From positions 118,441-150,440 of the forward strand of contig NZ_CAJXNN010000001.1 in the NCBI RefSeq assembly GCF_913057115.1: a stretch of DNA of 32,000 nucleotides. The letters are read 5' to 3'. The position numbers were made by a program, and so were the translations under genes. The notes beneath the pieces are model-generated. The model searched no databases. It had not been told where the DNA came from and worked only from the letters and a program-made list of their open reading frames with translations. Below, in pieces: positions 10,222-20,079 of the stretch. This DNA is from an uncultured Roseovarius sp. (GTDB lineage Bacteria > Pseudomonadota > Alphaproteobacteria > Rhodobacterales > Rhodobacteraceae). How positions within the stretch are numbered: the stretch's first letter is position 1; the number at the start of each line of letters is the position of its first letter.

Positions 10222-11447
10222 GACCGGTAATCCGCGTTGATCTCGATATACCCATGGGTCAGATCGCAGGTCCAGACATGCGCAGTGCCGCCGCCAAGAC
10301 CAAGGTCCACATGGATCACCAGTTCTTGGTTTTTCATGTAGGCGGCGGCCTCGTCCTCGCTGTAGTCCGGGCTGACCCAGCCGTCCTTGGCGACCAATGT
10401 ATTCCCGAACCAGATCGACAGGGTATCGCGGTCGGCCTTGGCGCCGGATTTGCCGACAGCCATGACCACCCGGCCCCAGTTGGGGTCTTCACCGGCGATG
10501 GCGGTTTTCACGAGCGGCGAGTTGGCGATGGCAAGCGCATGGGTGCGGGCATCTTCATCGCTGGCGGCACCGGTAACCGAAACCTCGACGAACTTTGTCG
10601 CCCCTTCGCCGTCGCGCACCACTTGGTGCGCGAGGTCCAACATCACGCTGCGCAGCCCTTCCATGAACCCGACGCTGGTGTCGGTCACCCGGATACCCGA
10701 GGCCCCGGTCGCCCCCACCAGAAGCGTGTCGGAGGTGGAGGTATCGCTATCAACCGTGATGCAGTTGAAGGTCTTGTCATTCAGGGCCGAGACCATGGTT
10801 TGCAGGGTCGGCTGATCAATCGCGGCATCGGTGAAGATATAGACCAGCATGGTGGCCATATCCGGCGCGATCATGCCCGATCCCTTGGCGATACCGGCGA
10901 TATGGACGGGTTGCCCGTCGATATGCACGGTGGTGCCTGCGCCCTTGGGGAAGGTATCGGTCGTCATGATGGCGCGGGCGGCATCCTCCATCGTGGCGGT
11001 GCCGAGCGCTGCGGTCAAATCCTCGACCTTCTCGGTGATCTTGTCATGCGGCAGACGCTCGCCAATCACCCCGGTGGAGGAAGTGAACACGCGCGACGCA
11101 GGCAGGCCCGTGGCTTTTGCCACAGCCTCGCAGATTGCCGCGACCGAGCCTTCGCCCGCCTTGCCGGTGAAGGCATTCGAGTTGCCCGAATTGACGATGA
11201 TCGCCGCGCCCTCATCCGATTGCCCGCCGATCTTGGCCTGACAATCCAGCACATTGGCCGAGCGAGTGGCCGAGCGGGTAAAGGCCCCTGCCATCACGCT
11301 TCCCGGTGCCAGCCGCGCCAGCATCACATCGGTACGGCCTTCGTAACGAACACCGGCCTCGATGGTGGCAAGCCTGACGCCGCCGACCTCGGGCAATACC
11401 GGAAAGGCCGCAGGGGCCAAGGGGGAACGCGGCGGCGTGGCACCCAT
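10218..11447 (-). CDS. argJ: Bifunctional glutamate N-acetyltransferase / amino-acid acetyltransferase
   Basis: 409-aa ORF with typical ArgJ segments (GFTRS...NSGNSNAFTG, ATMLVYIFTDA autoproteolytic site region, GEDPNWGR, IEINADYRS C-terminus). Confidence 0.95.
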   Translation of the reverse strand: MGATPPRSPLAPAAFPVLPEVGGVRLATIEAGVRYEGRTDVMLARLAPGSVMAGAFTRSATRSANVLDCQAKIGGQSDEGAAIIVNSGNSNAFTGKAGEGSVAAICEAVAKATGLPASRVFTSSTGVIGERLPHDKITEKVEDLTAALGTATMEDAARAIMTTDTFPKGAGTTVHIDGQPVHIAGIAKGSGMIAPDMATMLVYIFTDAAIDQPTLQTMVSALNDKTFNCITVDSDTSTSDTLLVGATGASGIRVTDTSVGFMEGLRSVMLDLAHQVVRDGEGATKFVEVSVTGAASDEDARTHALAIANSPLVKTAIAGEDPNWGRVVMAVGKSGAKADRDTLSIWFGNTLVAKDGWVSPDYSEDEAAAYMKNQELVIHVDLGLGGGTAHVWTCDLTHGYIEINADYRS

Positions 11448-11450
11448 GGA

Positions 11451-12308
11451 TCAATCCTCCAAAAGGGTCATGTCGTTGATGGCGGCAGGATCAATGCCCG
11501 AGGTATCGGCGCGGTCCACGTCGCCGCGCGCTTCGAGTGTCTTGACGTAATCCTCGAAGGCGGCCTGGCGCAGTTCCTCTTCCAACTCGGCGCGCACGTC
11601 CTGAAGCGAGGGCTGGTCCTTGATCCGGGTTTCGTTGAGCTTGATCACATGCCAGCCGAATTGCGTTTGCACGGGCGCCGAGACCTCGCCCGCCTCAAGC
11701 GCGGTGACCGCGTTGAAAAATTCTTCGACCATCGTGCCCTCGCCGAACCAACCCAGATCGCCGCCATTGGCGCCCGAGGGTCCGACCGAGTTTTCCTGCG
11801 CGAGCGTTGCGAAGTCCGCACCGCCCTCAAGCTCTTCTATCAGGGCCTTGGCCTCGTCCTCGGATTCGACAAGGATATGCGCGGCGCTGTATTCGGTTTC
11901 GTCTTCGGCGTTGCCGTATTTTTCGTCATAGGCGGCCTGAACGGCCTCGGCGTCCGGATCGGCGCCCATCACCTCGGTGATGACCTCGCCGGCGACCACG
12001 GCACGCCGCTCGTTTTCGATAAGCAGTTCGCTCTGGCGCGAAAGCTCGCCTTCGAAATCCTGCATCAGAAGGGTTTGTTGAACCAATTGTTCAAGGATGC
12101 CGTTGAACAGCACCTCGGGGGGCAATTGTGCGTATTGTTGCGGCAGGCCCGAGCGCAGGGCAATCATATGGCCCAGCGTGATATCGGTACCGTTCACAGT
12201 GGCAACCACTGTTTCGGGGTCGGGGGTGTCCTGTGCGGCGGCGGGCGCGGCTGTCAGAAGGCCCGCGGCCAGTGCCATTGCGGAGAAAAACGGGGTGCGG
12301 ATAAGCAT
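11451..12308 (-). CDS. Periplasmic parvulin-type peptidyl-prolyl isomerase (SurA/PpiC-like)
   Basis: Start chosen at MLIRTPFFSAMALAAGLLTAAPAAAQD (signal peptide, ATG at 12308). The PpiC/rotamase signature AHILV...A..S.GPS...GGDLGWF....MV.EF lies in the C-terminal half. Confidence 0.85.
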   Translation of the reverse strand: MLIRTPFFSAMALAAGLLTAAPAAAQDTPDPETVVATVNGTDITLGHMIALRSGLPQQYAQLPPEVLFNGILEQLVQQTLLMQDFEGELSRQSELLIENERRAVVAGEVITEVMGADPDAEAVQAAYDEKYGNAEDETEYSAAHILVESEDEAKALIEELEGGADFATLAQENSVGPSGANGGDLGWFGEGTMVEEFFNAVTALEAGEVSAPVQTQFGWHVIKLNETRIKDQPSLQDVRAELEEELRQAAFEDYVKTLEARGDVDRADTSGIDPAAINDMTLLED

Positions 12309-12499
12309 GAAAGACCTTTCCTTGCGTTCGAGGCTGACCGCCACGCGGCTTTGCGTGACGTTGACACTCATTCGGCGGCCCCTTACATCGCCTTGAAGCC
12401 AAGGCAAAGCCGCCATTCCCTGCCCGTTCTAGGGTGGCAGGACAGACGGGGCAAGCAATTGCCTTTCACGCACAAGCAAAAGACCGGAACGGATAGCAC

Positions 12500-15211
12500 A
12501 TGTTGGGTATTGGAACCGTCGCCAAGAAGATCTTCGGCACCGCGAATGACCGCAAGATCAAGGCGACACGCCCTCTGGTCGCCAAGATCAACGCATTGGA
12601 ACCCGAATTCGAGGCCCTGAGCGATGAAGGGCTGATCGAAAAAACCGCCGAATTCAAGGCGCGGGTCGAGAACGGCGAGAGCCTTGATTCCATCCTGCCC
12701 GAAGCCTTTGCCAACTGCCGCGAGGGCGCGCGACGCGCCTTGGGCCTGCGGGCCTTCGATGTGCAGTTGATGGGCGGTATCTTCCTGCACCAAGGCAATA
12801 TTTCCGAAATGAAGACTGGCGAGGGCAAAACCCTTGTCGCCACCTTCCCCGCCTACCTCAATGCCCTGACCGGCAAGGGCGTGCATATCGTCACGGTCAA
12901 CGATTACCTTGCCCGCCGTGACGCCGACTGGATGAGCAAGGTCTATGGCGCCTTGGGCATGACCACCGGGGTGGTTTATCCGCAGCAGCCCGACGATGAA
13001 AAACAGCAGGCCTATGCCGCCGACATCACCTATGCGACCAACAACGAGCTGGGCTTTGATTACCTGCGCGACAACATGAAATCCTCGCTTGAGGAAATGA
13101 GTCAGCGCGGCCACCATTTTGCTATCGTCGACGAGGTGGACAGCATCCTGATCGACGAAGCACGGACCCCGTTGATCATTTCCGGCCCGGCGCAGGACCG
13201 CAGCGATCTCTATGTCGCCATCGACGCACTGATTCCCGAACTGACCGACGAGCATTACAGCATCGAAGAAAAATCCAAGACCGTGACCTTCACCGACGAG
13301 GGCAACGAATTCCTTGAAGAGCTTTTGCATTCCAAGGGTCTGCTGGACGAGGGACAGTCGCTTTACGACCCCGAAAGCACCACCATCGTGCACCACGTCA
13401 ACCAAGGGCTTCGGGCGCACAAGATGTTCCTGAAGGACCGTGATTACATCGTCCGCGATGGCGAGGTGATGCTGATCGACGAATTCACCGGCCGGATGAT
13501 GGCCGGGCGGCGTTTGTCAGAAGGCCTGCATCAGGCCATCGAGGCCAAGGAAGGCTGCGAGATCAAGCCCGAGAACGTCACGCTGGCGCAGGTGACCTTC
13601 CAGAACTATTTCCGCCTTTACGAAAAACTGTCGGGCATGACCGGCACTGCCTCGACCGAAGCCGAGGAATTCGCCGAGATTTATGGCCTTGGCGTGGTCG
13701 AAGTGCCCACCAACAAGCCCATCGCCCGAATTGACGAAGACGACGCGGTTTATCGCACCGCGCAGGAGAAATTCGACGCCATCGTCGACTCGATCCGCAA
13801 GGCGCATGAAAAGGGCCAGCCGATCCTTGTGGGGACCACCTCGATTGAAAAGTCTGAGGTGTTGAGCCAGCTTTTGACGCAGGCGAAAATCACGCACAAC
13901 GTGTTGAACGCCCGCCAGCATGAGCAGGAGGCGCAGATCGTCGCCGACGCCGGGAAGCTGGGCGCGGTGACCATCGCCACCAACATGGCCGGACGCGGCA
14001 CCGACATCAAACTGGGCGGGAACGTCGATTTCAAGATCATGCAGGCGCTGGAGGCCGACCCCGAGGGCGACCCCGAGGCAATCCGCGAAAAGATCGAGGC
14101 CGAACACGCCGCCGATGAACAGGCGGTTATCGAGGCCGGGGGCCTGTTCGTTCTGGCCACCGAACGCCACGAAAGCCGCCGCATCGACAACCAGCTGCGC
14201 GGCCGGTCGGGCCGTCAGGGCGACCCGGGGCGCTCGGCCTTCTTCCTGTCGCTGGATGATGACCTGATGCGCATCTTCGGCTCGGAACGCTTGGAAAAGG
14301 TGCTGTCCACGCTGGGCATGAAAGAGGGCGAGGCGATCGTTCATCCTTGGGTGAATAAATCGCTTGAGCGCGCACAGGCCAAGGTGGAAGGGCGCAACTT
14401 CGACATCCGCAAGCAGCTTCTGAAGTTCGACGACGTGATGAACGAGCAGCGCAAGGTGATCTTCACCCAGCGTCTGGACATCATGAAAGCCGAAGATCTT
14501 TCCGAAATCGTGCAGGACATGCGCGGCGAGGTGATCGACGATCTGGTCGAACAATACATGCCCCCCAAGACCTATGCCGACCAGTGGGATACCGAGGGCC
14601 TGCACGCGGCGATCATGGAACAGATGAACATGGATCTGCCGATTCAGGAGTGGGCCGAGGAAGAAGGCGTGGATGACGACGACATCGCCGACCGTATTGA
14701 AAGCGCCGCCGATGACATGATGGCGCAAAAGGCCGTCGCCTTCGGCCCGGACAACATGCGCTCCATCGAAAAGCAGATCCTGCTGCAAACGATAGATCAG
14801 AAATGGCGCGAGCACCTTCTGACGCTGGAGCATTTGCGCAGCGTCGTGGGTTTCCGGGGATACGCGCAGCGCGATCCGCTGAACGAATACAAGAACGAGG
14901 CCTTCCAACTGTTCGAATCGATGCTGGACAGCCTGCGCCAGGACGTGACCCAACGCCTGTCGCAAATCCGGCCCATGACCGAGGAAGAACAACAGGCCAT
15001 GTTGGCCCAGATGCAAGAACAGCGCGCCCAGATGGAGGAAGCCGCCAAGGCCCGCCACCCGGGCAGCAAGGTGGCCGAACCCGGCGGCGAAGCGGCTGCG
15101 CAAGGCTTCGATGAAAACGATCCTTCGACATGGGGCAACCCCGGCCGGAACGAGCCCTGCCCCTGCGGATCGGGCAAGAAATTCAAGCATTGCCACGGGC
15201 GTTTGGCTTAG
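12500..15211 (+). CDS. secA: Preprotein translocase ATPase SecA
   Basis: 903-aa ORF with a Walker A-like [42 protein letters not shown] and a C-terminal zinc finger [17 protein letters not shown]. The last 10 nt (15202-15211) are AT-richer and appear to be island-derived. Confidence 0.98.
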   Translation: MLGIGTVAKKIFGTANDRKIKATRPLVAKINALEPEFEALSDEGLIEKTAEFKARVENGESLDSILPEAFANCREGARRALGLRAFDVQLMGGIFLHQGNISEMKTGEGKTLVATFPAYLNALTGKGVHIVTVNDYLARRDADWMSKVYGALGMTTGVVYPQQPDDEKQQAYAADITYATNNELGFDYLRDNMKSSLEEMSQRGHHFAIVDEVDSILIDEARTPLIISGPAQDRSDLYVAIDALIPELTDEHYSIEEKSKTVTFTDEGNEFLEELLHSKGLLDEGQSLYDPESTTIVHHVNQGLRAHKMFLKDRDYIVRDGEVMLIDEFTGRMMAGRRLSEGLHQAIEAKEGCEIKPENVTLAQVTFQNYFRLYEKLSGMTGTASTEAEEFAEIYGLGVVEVPTNKPIARIDEDDAVYRTAQEKFDAIVDSIRKAHEKGQPILVGTTSIEKSEVLSQLLTQAKITHNVLNARQHEQEAQIVADAGKLGAVTIATNMAGRGTDIKLGGNVDFKIMQALEADPEGDPEAIREKIEAEHAADEQAVIEAGGLFVLATERHESRRIDNQLRGRSGRQGDPGRSAFFLSLDDDLMRIFGSERLEKVLSTLGMKEGEAIVHPWVNKSLERAQAKVEGRNFDIRKQLLKFDDVMNEQRKVIFTQRLDIMKAEDLSEIVQDMRGEVIDDLVEQYMPPKTYADQWDTEGLHAAIMEQMNMDLPIQEWAEEEGVDDDDIADRIESAADDMMAQKAVAFGPDNMRSIEKQILLQTIDQKWREHLLTLEHLRSVVGFRGYAQRDPLNEYKNEAFQLFESMLDSLRQDVTQRLSQIRPMTEEEQQAMLAQMQEQRAQMEEAAKARHPGSKVAEPGGEAAAQGFDENDPSTWGNPGRNEPCPCGSGKKFKHCHGRLA
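15182..15201. repeat. attL core: left copy of the 20-bp direct repeat ttcaagcaYtgccacgggcg
   Basis: ttcaagcattgccacgggcg here versus ttcaagcactgccacgggcg at 24638-24657 (19/20). The base-composition switch occurs directly after this copy. Confidence 0.8.
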
Positions 15212-15264
15212 TCAATGAAATCAAGAACTTAGCAGATTGAATTGCAAATAAAAGTGTTGTACAC

Positions 15265-15316
15265 TTGTTAGGCAAAATAGGATTTTTGCTGTGGTGTCAG
15301 GCATTTGTTAGGCAAA
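15265..15316 (+). repeat. Two direct copies of ttgttaggcaaa (15265-15276 and 15305-15316), candidate integrase arm-type sites at attL
   Basis: Exact 12-mer repeated 40 bp apart. Related TTGTTAKGCA copies occur near attR (24560-24580). Confidence 0.45.
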
Positions 15317-16594
15317 GAAAACCCTGAATATGCTGAAAAGCTAATGGATGGAAAGGTGCTGTTGTGGACGCGCAATAGCATCTTTCAAGTGCGCTTATAC
15401 GCAGGCAATCGGCGCTACATTTACAAATCACTAAAAACACGAAACTTAGACGAAGCACGTGAAAAAGCTGTGCGTGCTTACTACGAGCTAGAGTTTCGCA
15501 AAGAGCAAAAGCTGCCAACACGGCAAAAGCGATTCAACGATGTAATCGACGAATACATTGCGATGCGTCAAAGCCAATATGAGCGAGGCACCCACAAGCA
15601 AAGCAACAAACAAAATCAACAACACAGAGGCGCTGATATGCTCCGGCAAATAAAGCGTGTGAGCAAATTTTGGCGTGAATATTGTGGTGGAAAGCAAGTC
15701 GACACAATCGACGACGCCTTGCTGCGCGACTATGTTAACTGGCGGCGCGATTACTACAGACGCATGCCTACACATGAAATGCCTAAAAATGCAAAGCTCA
15801 ACCCAGCCGACAAGACATTGGAATGGGAAACGACATTTGCGCTAACTTTGTTAAAATATGCCCATGAGCGGGGCTATCGAGGCAATAAACCGCTGCCAAA
15901 ATATCGTTACAAAGCCAGTCGTAATAAAACGCGTCCGGCTTTTACACTAGACGAGTATCGCAAGCTTTATAAAGGGTTGCGGCGCTGGATACATGAAGAG
16001 AAGAACAACGCAAAAAAGCGGTATGCGCGCGAGCTATTGCGCGATTATGTGCTGATACTGTCAAACAGTGGAATGCGCGTAGGTGAAGCTAACAATTTGC
16101 GCGAAAGCGATTTGGTGGAAATTACAGATGATAACGGACGCACGTTATATGGCTTCAATGTTGACGGCAAAACAGGCAAGCGTTTTGTCGTGCTGCGTTC
16201 CAACGGAAAACGCTATGTAGACAGGGTTTTAGAACGCAATAAGAAGTGGGCTGACAACTGGGAATTAGCATCAAAAAATGATGTAAAGCAGCATAATCGA
16301 CGTAATGCTGATCGTGGTGATTGGCTTTTTAAAATGGCTGATGGGAACAAAATCATCACGCTTATAGATCAGTTTAACAAAGTGCTTGAGCGCGAAGGCA
16401 TTACTTACAATCCAGACGGTGAAAAGTACACGCTATACAGTTTAAGGCATTTTTACGCAGTGCAGATGCTTAGGACTGGTAAGGTAAACGTGTTTGACAT
16501 TGCAAGAAACATGGGTACCAGCGTGCAAATTATTGAAAGTTATTACGGAAAGCACGCAACCAGTAGGTTGCTAGCCACACGATTGGGTGGCTAG
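15305..16594 (+). CDS. int: Tyrosine-type site-specific integrase
   Basis: 429-aa ORF (TTG at 15305; first in-frame ATG at 15344). The catalytic-domain signatures are SGMRVGEANNL (Arg I), YSLRHFYAVQ (box II R-H) and MGTSVQIIESYYGKH (catalytic Tyr). It sits immediately next to attL. Confidence 0.9.
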   Translation: MLGKENPEYAEKLMDGKVLLWTRNSIFQVRLYAGNRRYIYKSLKTRNLDEAREKAVRAYYELEFRKEQKLPTRQKRFNDVIDEYIAMRQSQYERGTHKQSNKQNQQHRGADMLRQIKRVSKFWREYCGGKQVDTIDDALLRDYVNWRRDYYRRMPTHEMPKNAKLNPADKTLEWETTFALTLLKYAHERGYRGNKPLPKYRYKASRNKTRPAFTLDEYRKLYKGLRRWIHEEKNNAKKRYARELLRDYVLILSNSGMRVGEANNLRESDLVEITDDNGRTLYGFNVDGKTGKRFVVLRSNGKRYVDRVLERNKKWADNWELASKNDVKQHNRRNADRGDWLFKMADGNKIITLIDQFNKVLEREGITYNPDGEKYTLYSLRHFYAVQMLRTGKVNVFDIARNMGTSVQIIESYYGKHATSRLLATRLGG

Positions 16595-16747
16595 GCTCGG
16601 GAAGCCAAGGCTTGGACCAAGTGATCCAATCCAGAAATAAATTAATAATCCGTAGGAAATTTATGCTCTGCTAAACAGAATTTTACTGACACCGCTTGTG
16701 CAGATGCTAATGTTGCTGAACACAATATTCAGCGGGTGAGAAGAGAG

Positions 16748-17944
16748 ATGTTAAAACATATTGATTGTTTCGCTGGAGTAGGCGGAGTCGCCACTGGATT
16801 TCATGCTGCTGGCATCTCAACTTGTCTAGCGATCGAGAAAGTGGACACATGCGCAGAGACATATTCTGCAAACCATCCCAATACCCCCTTGATAAAAGGT
16901 GATATCAGAGATGTCCGTGATGCTGAGATTCGGCAGCATGTCGAAGGTGACGTTGATGTTGTTACTGCGGGCATGCCGTGTGAAACTTTCAGCACTGCAG
17001 GCTCGTCAAGCCGCAGTTTCTACGATCATCGTCAAACTCTTTTTGAAGAGGCTATTAGAATAGCTGATACAGTTAATTCAAAATTTATCCTTTTTGAGAA
17101 TGTGCCAGGCTTCGCGAACAAAAAAGTTGCAAAAGACTCTTCAGAGCTTGTTATCGACTTATTGCGTAAAAGTTTGCAAGAACACGGCTATAACAACAAA
17201 ATCGAAATCGTATTGAACGCCAAGGACTATGGTGTCCCTCAAAGCCGACAGCGACTTTTTGTATTGGCGTCTAGAGAAAACGTTCAATTAACCGCACCGC
17301 ATGCATCAAATAATCGTGTTACGGTTGGCGAAGCTTTTGCTAATTTGCCACATGTCGACACAGCTGGACCAATCATTTCTGATGAATTTCTTCCAGTTAC
17401 AAACGATTATCTTTCATTATTGGCTAACCATAAGTTTTGGAATATGCCGAATGGTTCCAAGTGCACTTACCAAAAGTCTCCTAAGCATCGCCCCCATACC
17501 ATCAAACGATTCGAACTGATTCAAACGGGTGAAGGGCTCAAATCCCTTTTTGATCGGTTGCCGCAACATGAAGTTGAAAGACTGCAAAGTGAGCGGATTC
17601 TTCCTAAAAAGTGGTATATTCAACGTAATAGGCGTTTAAACCCCGCGGATGTTAGCCCGACGGTTACATCACATTGTATAGATGAACTTCTTCATCCAAC
17701 ACTCAACAGAGCAATAACTGTACGTGAAGCTGCGAGACTGCAAAGCTTTCCAGACTCTTACGATTTTATTGGTGGACCCGAAATTTGCCCGCATGTCTAT
17801 GAAACACAAGACAAATACGAGCAAATTGGTGATGCAGTTCCTCCTCTGATGGCTTATTCTTGGGCTGTCAAATTGAAGGAGTTGCTTAATGCCGGAAGAG
17901 GAGCGCCAAGAGCAAATTATAGCTCGATGTGTGGAGCTTTATGA
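16748..17944 (+). CDS. DNA (cytosine-5)-methyltransferase (Type II)
   Basis: Ordered C5-MTase motifs: I DCFAGVGG, IV GMPCETFS, VI ENVPGF, VIII QSRQRLF, IX TVREAARLQSFPD, X IGDAVPP. ATG at 16748, with an alternative GTG at 16736. Confidence 0.93.
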   Translation: MLKHIDCFAGVGGVATGFHAAGISTCLAIEKVDTCAETYSANHPNTPLIKGDIRDVRDAEIRQHVEGDVDVVTAGMPCETFSTAGSSSRSFYDHRQTLFEEAIRIADTVNSKFILFENVPGFANKKVAKDSSELVIDLLRKSLQEHGYNNKIEIVLNAKDYGVPQSRQRLFVLASRENVQLTAPHASNNRVTVGEAFANLPHVDTAGPIISDEFLPVTNDYLSLLANHKFWNMPNGSKCTYQKSPKHRPHTIKRFELIQTGEGLKSLFDRLPQHEVERLQSERILPKKWYIQRNRRLNPADVSPTVTSHCIDELLHPTLNRAITVREAARLQSFPDSYDFIGGPEICPHVYETQDKYEQIGDAVPPLMAYSWAVKLKELLNAGRGAPRANYSSMCGAL

Positions 17945-18728
17945 TAGCGAGTTTGCTGCGTGTGAGCGTGCTGGTGAATCTGAAACAGACGCACAACGTC
18001 ACGCAATATCGAAAAGCTTTGAACTTGCAGTCGGTGAATTTGGCGTAAAGGATGCGAGCTTTATATGGCGCGCAATAGACAGCGCTCATGTAAAAAGAAA
18101 ATCTGGAGCGCTCATTGAACCTGAAGTAATTGATGGTGTGCGAGCTGCCAGTCAAAGCTGGAATAAATCTAGTGGGCATGCTTTCGAGCAAAGTTTTTGT
18201 TCGGTAATGAATGAAAAATTGCACAATACCAATATGCGATTTTTGCTACAAAGAGAAATTTCCGCTTTAATCAAAAATCAGTGTCTTCTTAATAAGGAGC
18301 GTGATCTTGCCTCAATAAATGGCTGGAATGCGTCAAGTGTCTTCGATGTGTTTGTCGCCCAAAAAGAACCAAATGAAGAGCTCTTTGAAGTTTTTGGATG
18401 CGTTCAATGTAAAACCAGCATTCGGGATCGGGTAACAAGAGATCGCGAGCCAAGTACTCAAGCAATGAATTCTTTTTTTTGGTCCATAGCTGTGGTTATT
18501 GATGGGCATTTTCTAAAGCTACCAAAATTTGAGCACATGGTTAACGGTGGAAGTAACGACTATCCGAATAATGGCTGGCACGGCATGTACGCTTTTAGCA
18601 ACTGCTCGAATGTTGACAGAGTTTTTCTGCTAGAAGACGGATTGGAACCTTTAATAGAACACTCTAAAAAAGCGTACCGAGCTTTCAATTCAGAGCGTCA
18701 ATGGCTAGATGCTGATTGGCGCCCTTAA
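17889..18728 (+). CDS. Putative Type II restriction endonuclease (PD-(D/E)xK; possible CCGG-family relative)
   Basis: 279-aa ORF with a strong RBS (aaggag). Its start overlaps the methyltransferase 3' end by 56 nt. It carries SVFD153VFV ... VQ173CK175TSIR179D180R181 (nt 18405-18431), that is D...(Q)xK followed by K-x3-R-D-R. Confidence 0.65.
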   Translation: MPEEERQEQIIARCVELYDSEFAACERAGESETDAQRHAISKSFELAVGEFGVKDASFIWRAIDSAHVKRKSGALIEPEVIDGVRAASQSWNKSSGHAFEQSFCSVMNEKLHNTNMRFLLQREISALIKNQCLLNKERDLASINGWNASSVFDVFVAQKEPNEELFEVFGCVQCKTSIRDRVTRDREPSTQAMNSFFWSIAVVIDGHFLKLPKFEHMVNGGSNDYPNNGWHGMYAFSNCSNVDRVFLLEDGLEPLIEHSKKAYRAFNSERQWLDADWRP

Positions 18729-18745
18729 GTGTGTCGTTGTCAATT

Positions 18746-18797
18746 TACAGTTATCTTTTTTCAGCGTCTAAACGAACGCTTGGAACTGTAGTTTTTG
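18746..18797 (+). terminator. Candidate terminator between the convergent REase and DpdA-like genes
   Basis: Nested inverted repeats tacagtt (18746-18752) / aactgta (18784-18790) and agcgt (18763-18767) / acgct (18776-18780), followed by gttttt. The stems are weak. Confidence 0.3.
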
Positions 18798-18798
18798 A

Positions 18799-20079
18799 TT
18801 AGCTTAGCACAGCCTGAATTTTGTTGAGATTTTCTCGTATGCGTGTTGGCAGTTTGTCCCAATCTGCGTTGTCGGCGAACACTTGGTTGCAGGCTATTAT
18901 AGCTGCACGATGGTAAACGTATATGTTGTGATTGGTAAGCAAGCAGGCGCTGAGCTTGTCGAAAAAAGTCTGTGCAAACAGCCCGCGCTCCACATGCAAA
19001 TCATTGATGCTAAAGCGCTTACTAATCGGTGACTGAATATCCTCCAAATAGCGAACATCGTCTTGTTTTTTGTATTTGGGATGCTGTGGGAATGGCATGC
19101 TTGGGATGCGCCAGGTTTTAATATCACTCGTTAAGGCGGGCATTTGACAAATTTTTTCGTATTTACCTGCTGTTTGAAACGGTGAGCTGCTGTCGTAGCT
19201 GACTGTGATTTCTGTGCCGAGCAGCCGGCGAAGTTGTTTCTGAATTGCCGTGCAATAAACCGCATGTTCTGCGGGAGATAGCATCAGTATGTGCAACCAT
19301 TCTGCGTGATCAAGTTTTTGATCGTCCAGCAAACGTCGTATCCATTTCAAGATAGGATCAAGCCCGCTTTTTGTGTCGCCACCAAAAGCCCATCCTTCAA
19401 AATCAAAGTCTTTAACAGCGTGGTACCAAGCTTCACCTGTGCCGTTTCCAGCGTCTTGCAAGACATTGAGGTATTTTGCTTTGGCACCTGTTGCCTTGCC
19501 TCTGTTGTCAGCAAAGTAACGTAAGTTTTCCACACTTAGTTCAATCAGCTGTTCGGTGTTGAGGTTAATAAACGGTGAAGACTTTGCCTGTGGATTTGTA
19601 TGCACCCAAAGCGGCATATCCAGTGTCATCGCATAGTCACTGTTTGTATCAAGCCAGCGTAAAATATTGTCGCGTACGCTTCGCCGTGCAAGCCATTGGT
19701 GGTACACAGCGTTAGGCTGTTTGCTATACTTTTGCAAATCGCTGACAGCTTTCAGGCTTCCCATGCCAATTTGGAAGCCGCCACTGTCTCCTAAAACAAC
19801 AGTGTCTTTGCTGCGCCGTGCAACCATGTCTGTGGCAGGCAATGTAGCTTTTTCGAACTGCCCGGCGCTATAGAGCACATATTTGCAGTGCCACAGATTG
19901 TTGTTGGGATTCAAAAAATCCAAATCAGCAAGATTGCATCCTTGGGGTAAATTACCATCGCGCACAGACGCGACATCGCTGTAGGGTAAGTTGGCATAAC
20001 CGCGTTGGAGTGACGGCAAATAGATTGCATACCCTTCGTACTGAGCAGTTAGATTTTCACCGATTGAATGCACAGGCAT
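18799..20079 (-). CDS. tRNA-guanine transglycosylase superfamily protein, DpdA-like (putative DNA 7-deazaguanine transglycosylase)
   Basis: 426-aa ORF with colinear TGT-like motifs: VLGDSGGFQ (nt 19771-19788; cf. TDSGGFQ), TLDMP (cf. FDEC), GWAFGG (cf. GYAVGG), HILMLSPAEH (cf. YLMGVGKPED), YDSSSPFQTAGK (cf. FDCVxPTRxARxG), NHNIYVYH (cf. HNLxFY). No CxCxxC Zn cluster was seen. Its start overlaps the upstream stop (TAATG). Confidence 0.7.
   Translation of the reverse strand: MPVHSIGENLTAQYEGYAIYLPSLQRGYANLPYSDVASVRDGNLPQGCNLADLDFLNPNNNLWHCKYVLYSAGQFEKATLPATDMVARRSKDTVVLGDSGGFQIGMGSLKAVSDLQKYSKQPNAVYHQWLARRSVRDNILRWLDTNSDYAMTLDMPLWVHTNPQAKSSPFINLNTEQLIELSVENLRYFADNRGKATGAKAKYLNVLQDAGNGTGEAWYHAVKDFDFEGWAFGGDTKSGLDPILKWIRRLLDDQKLDHAEWLHILMLSPAEHAVYCTAIQKQLRRLLGTEITVSYDSSSPFQTAGKYEKICQMPALTSDIKTWRIPSMPFPQHPKYKKQDDVRYLEDIQSPISKRFSINDLHVERGLFAQTFFDKLSACLLTNHNIYVYHRAAIIACNQVFADNADWDKLPTRIRENLNKIQAVLS

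Noticed and set aside
10254-12620. 788-aa plus-strand ORF spanning argJ and the PPIase gene
   Set aside because: It lies antisense to two well-supported genes and crosses their boundary. The product is repetitive and Gly/Arg/His-rich.
13517-15196. 559-aa minus-strand ORF inside secA
   Set aside because: It lies antisense to SecA and is a shadow ORF of GC-rich coding DNA.
15237-15265. Sigma70-like promoter TTGAAT-N17-TACACT upstream of int
   Set aside because: The match is plausible, but such hexamer pairs arise frequently by chance in AT-rich DNA. It is not reported as a feature without TSS data.
15212-15304. Expected tRNA/tmRNA gene at the island boundary, checked at both ends including 24542-24800
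   Set aside because: No cloverleaf-compatible sequence or conserved T-loop (GGTTCGAATCC-like) was found. The duplicated segment is instead the secA 3' coding end.
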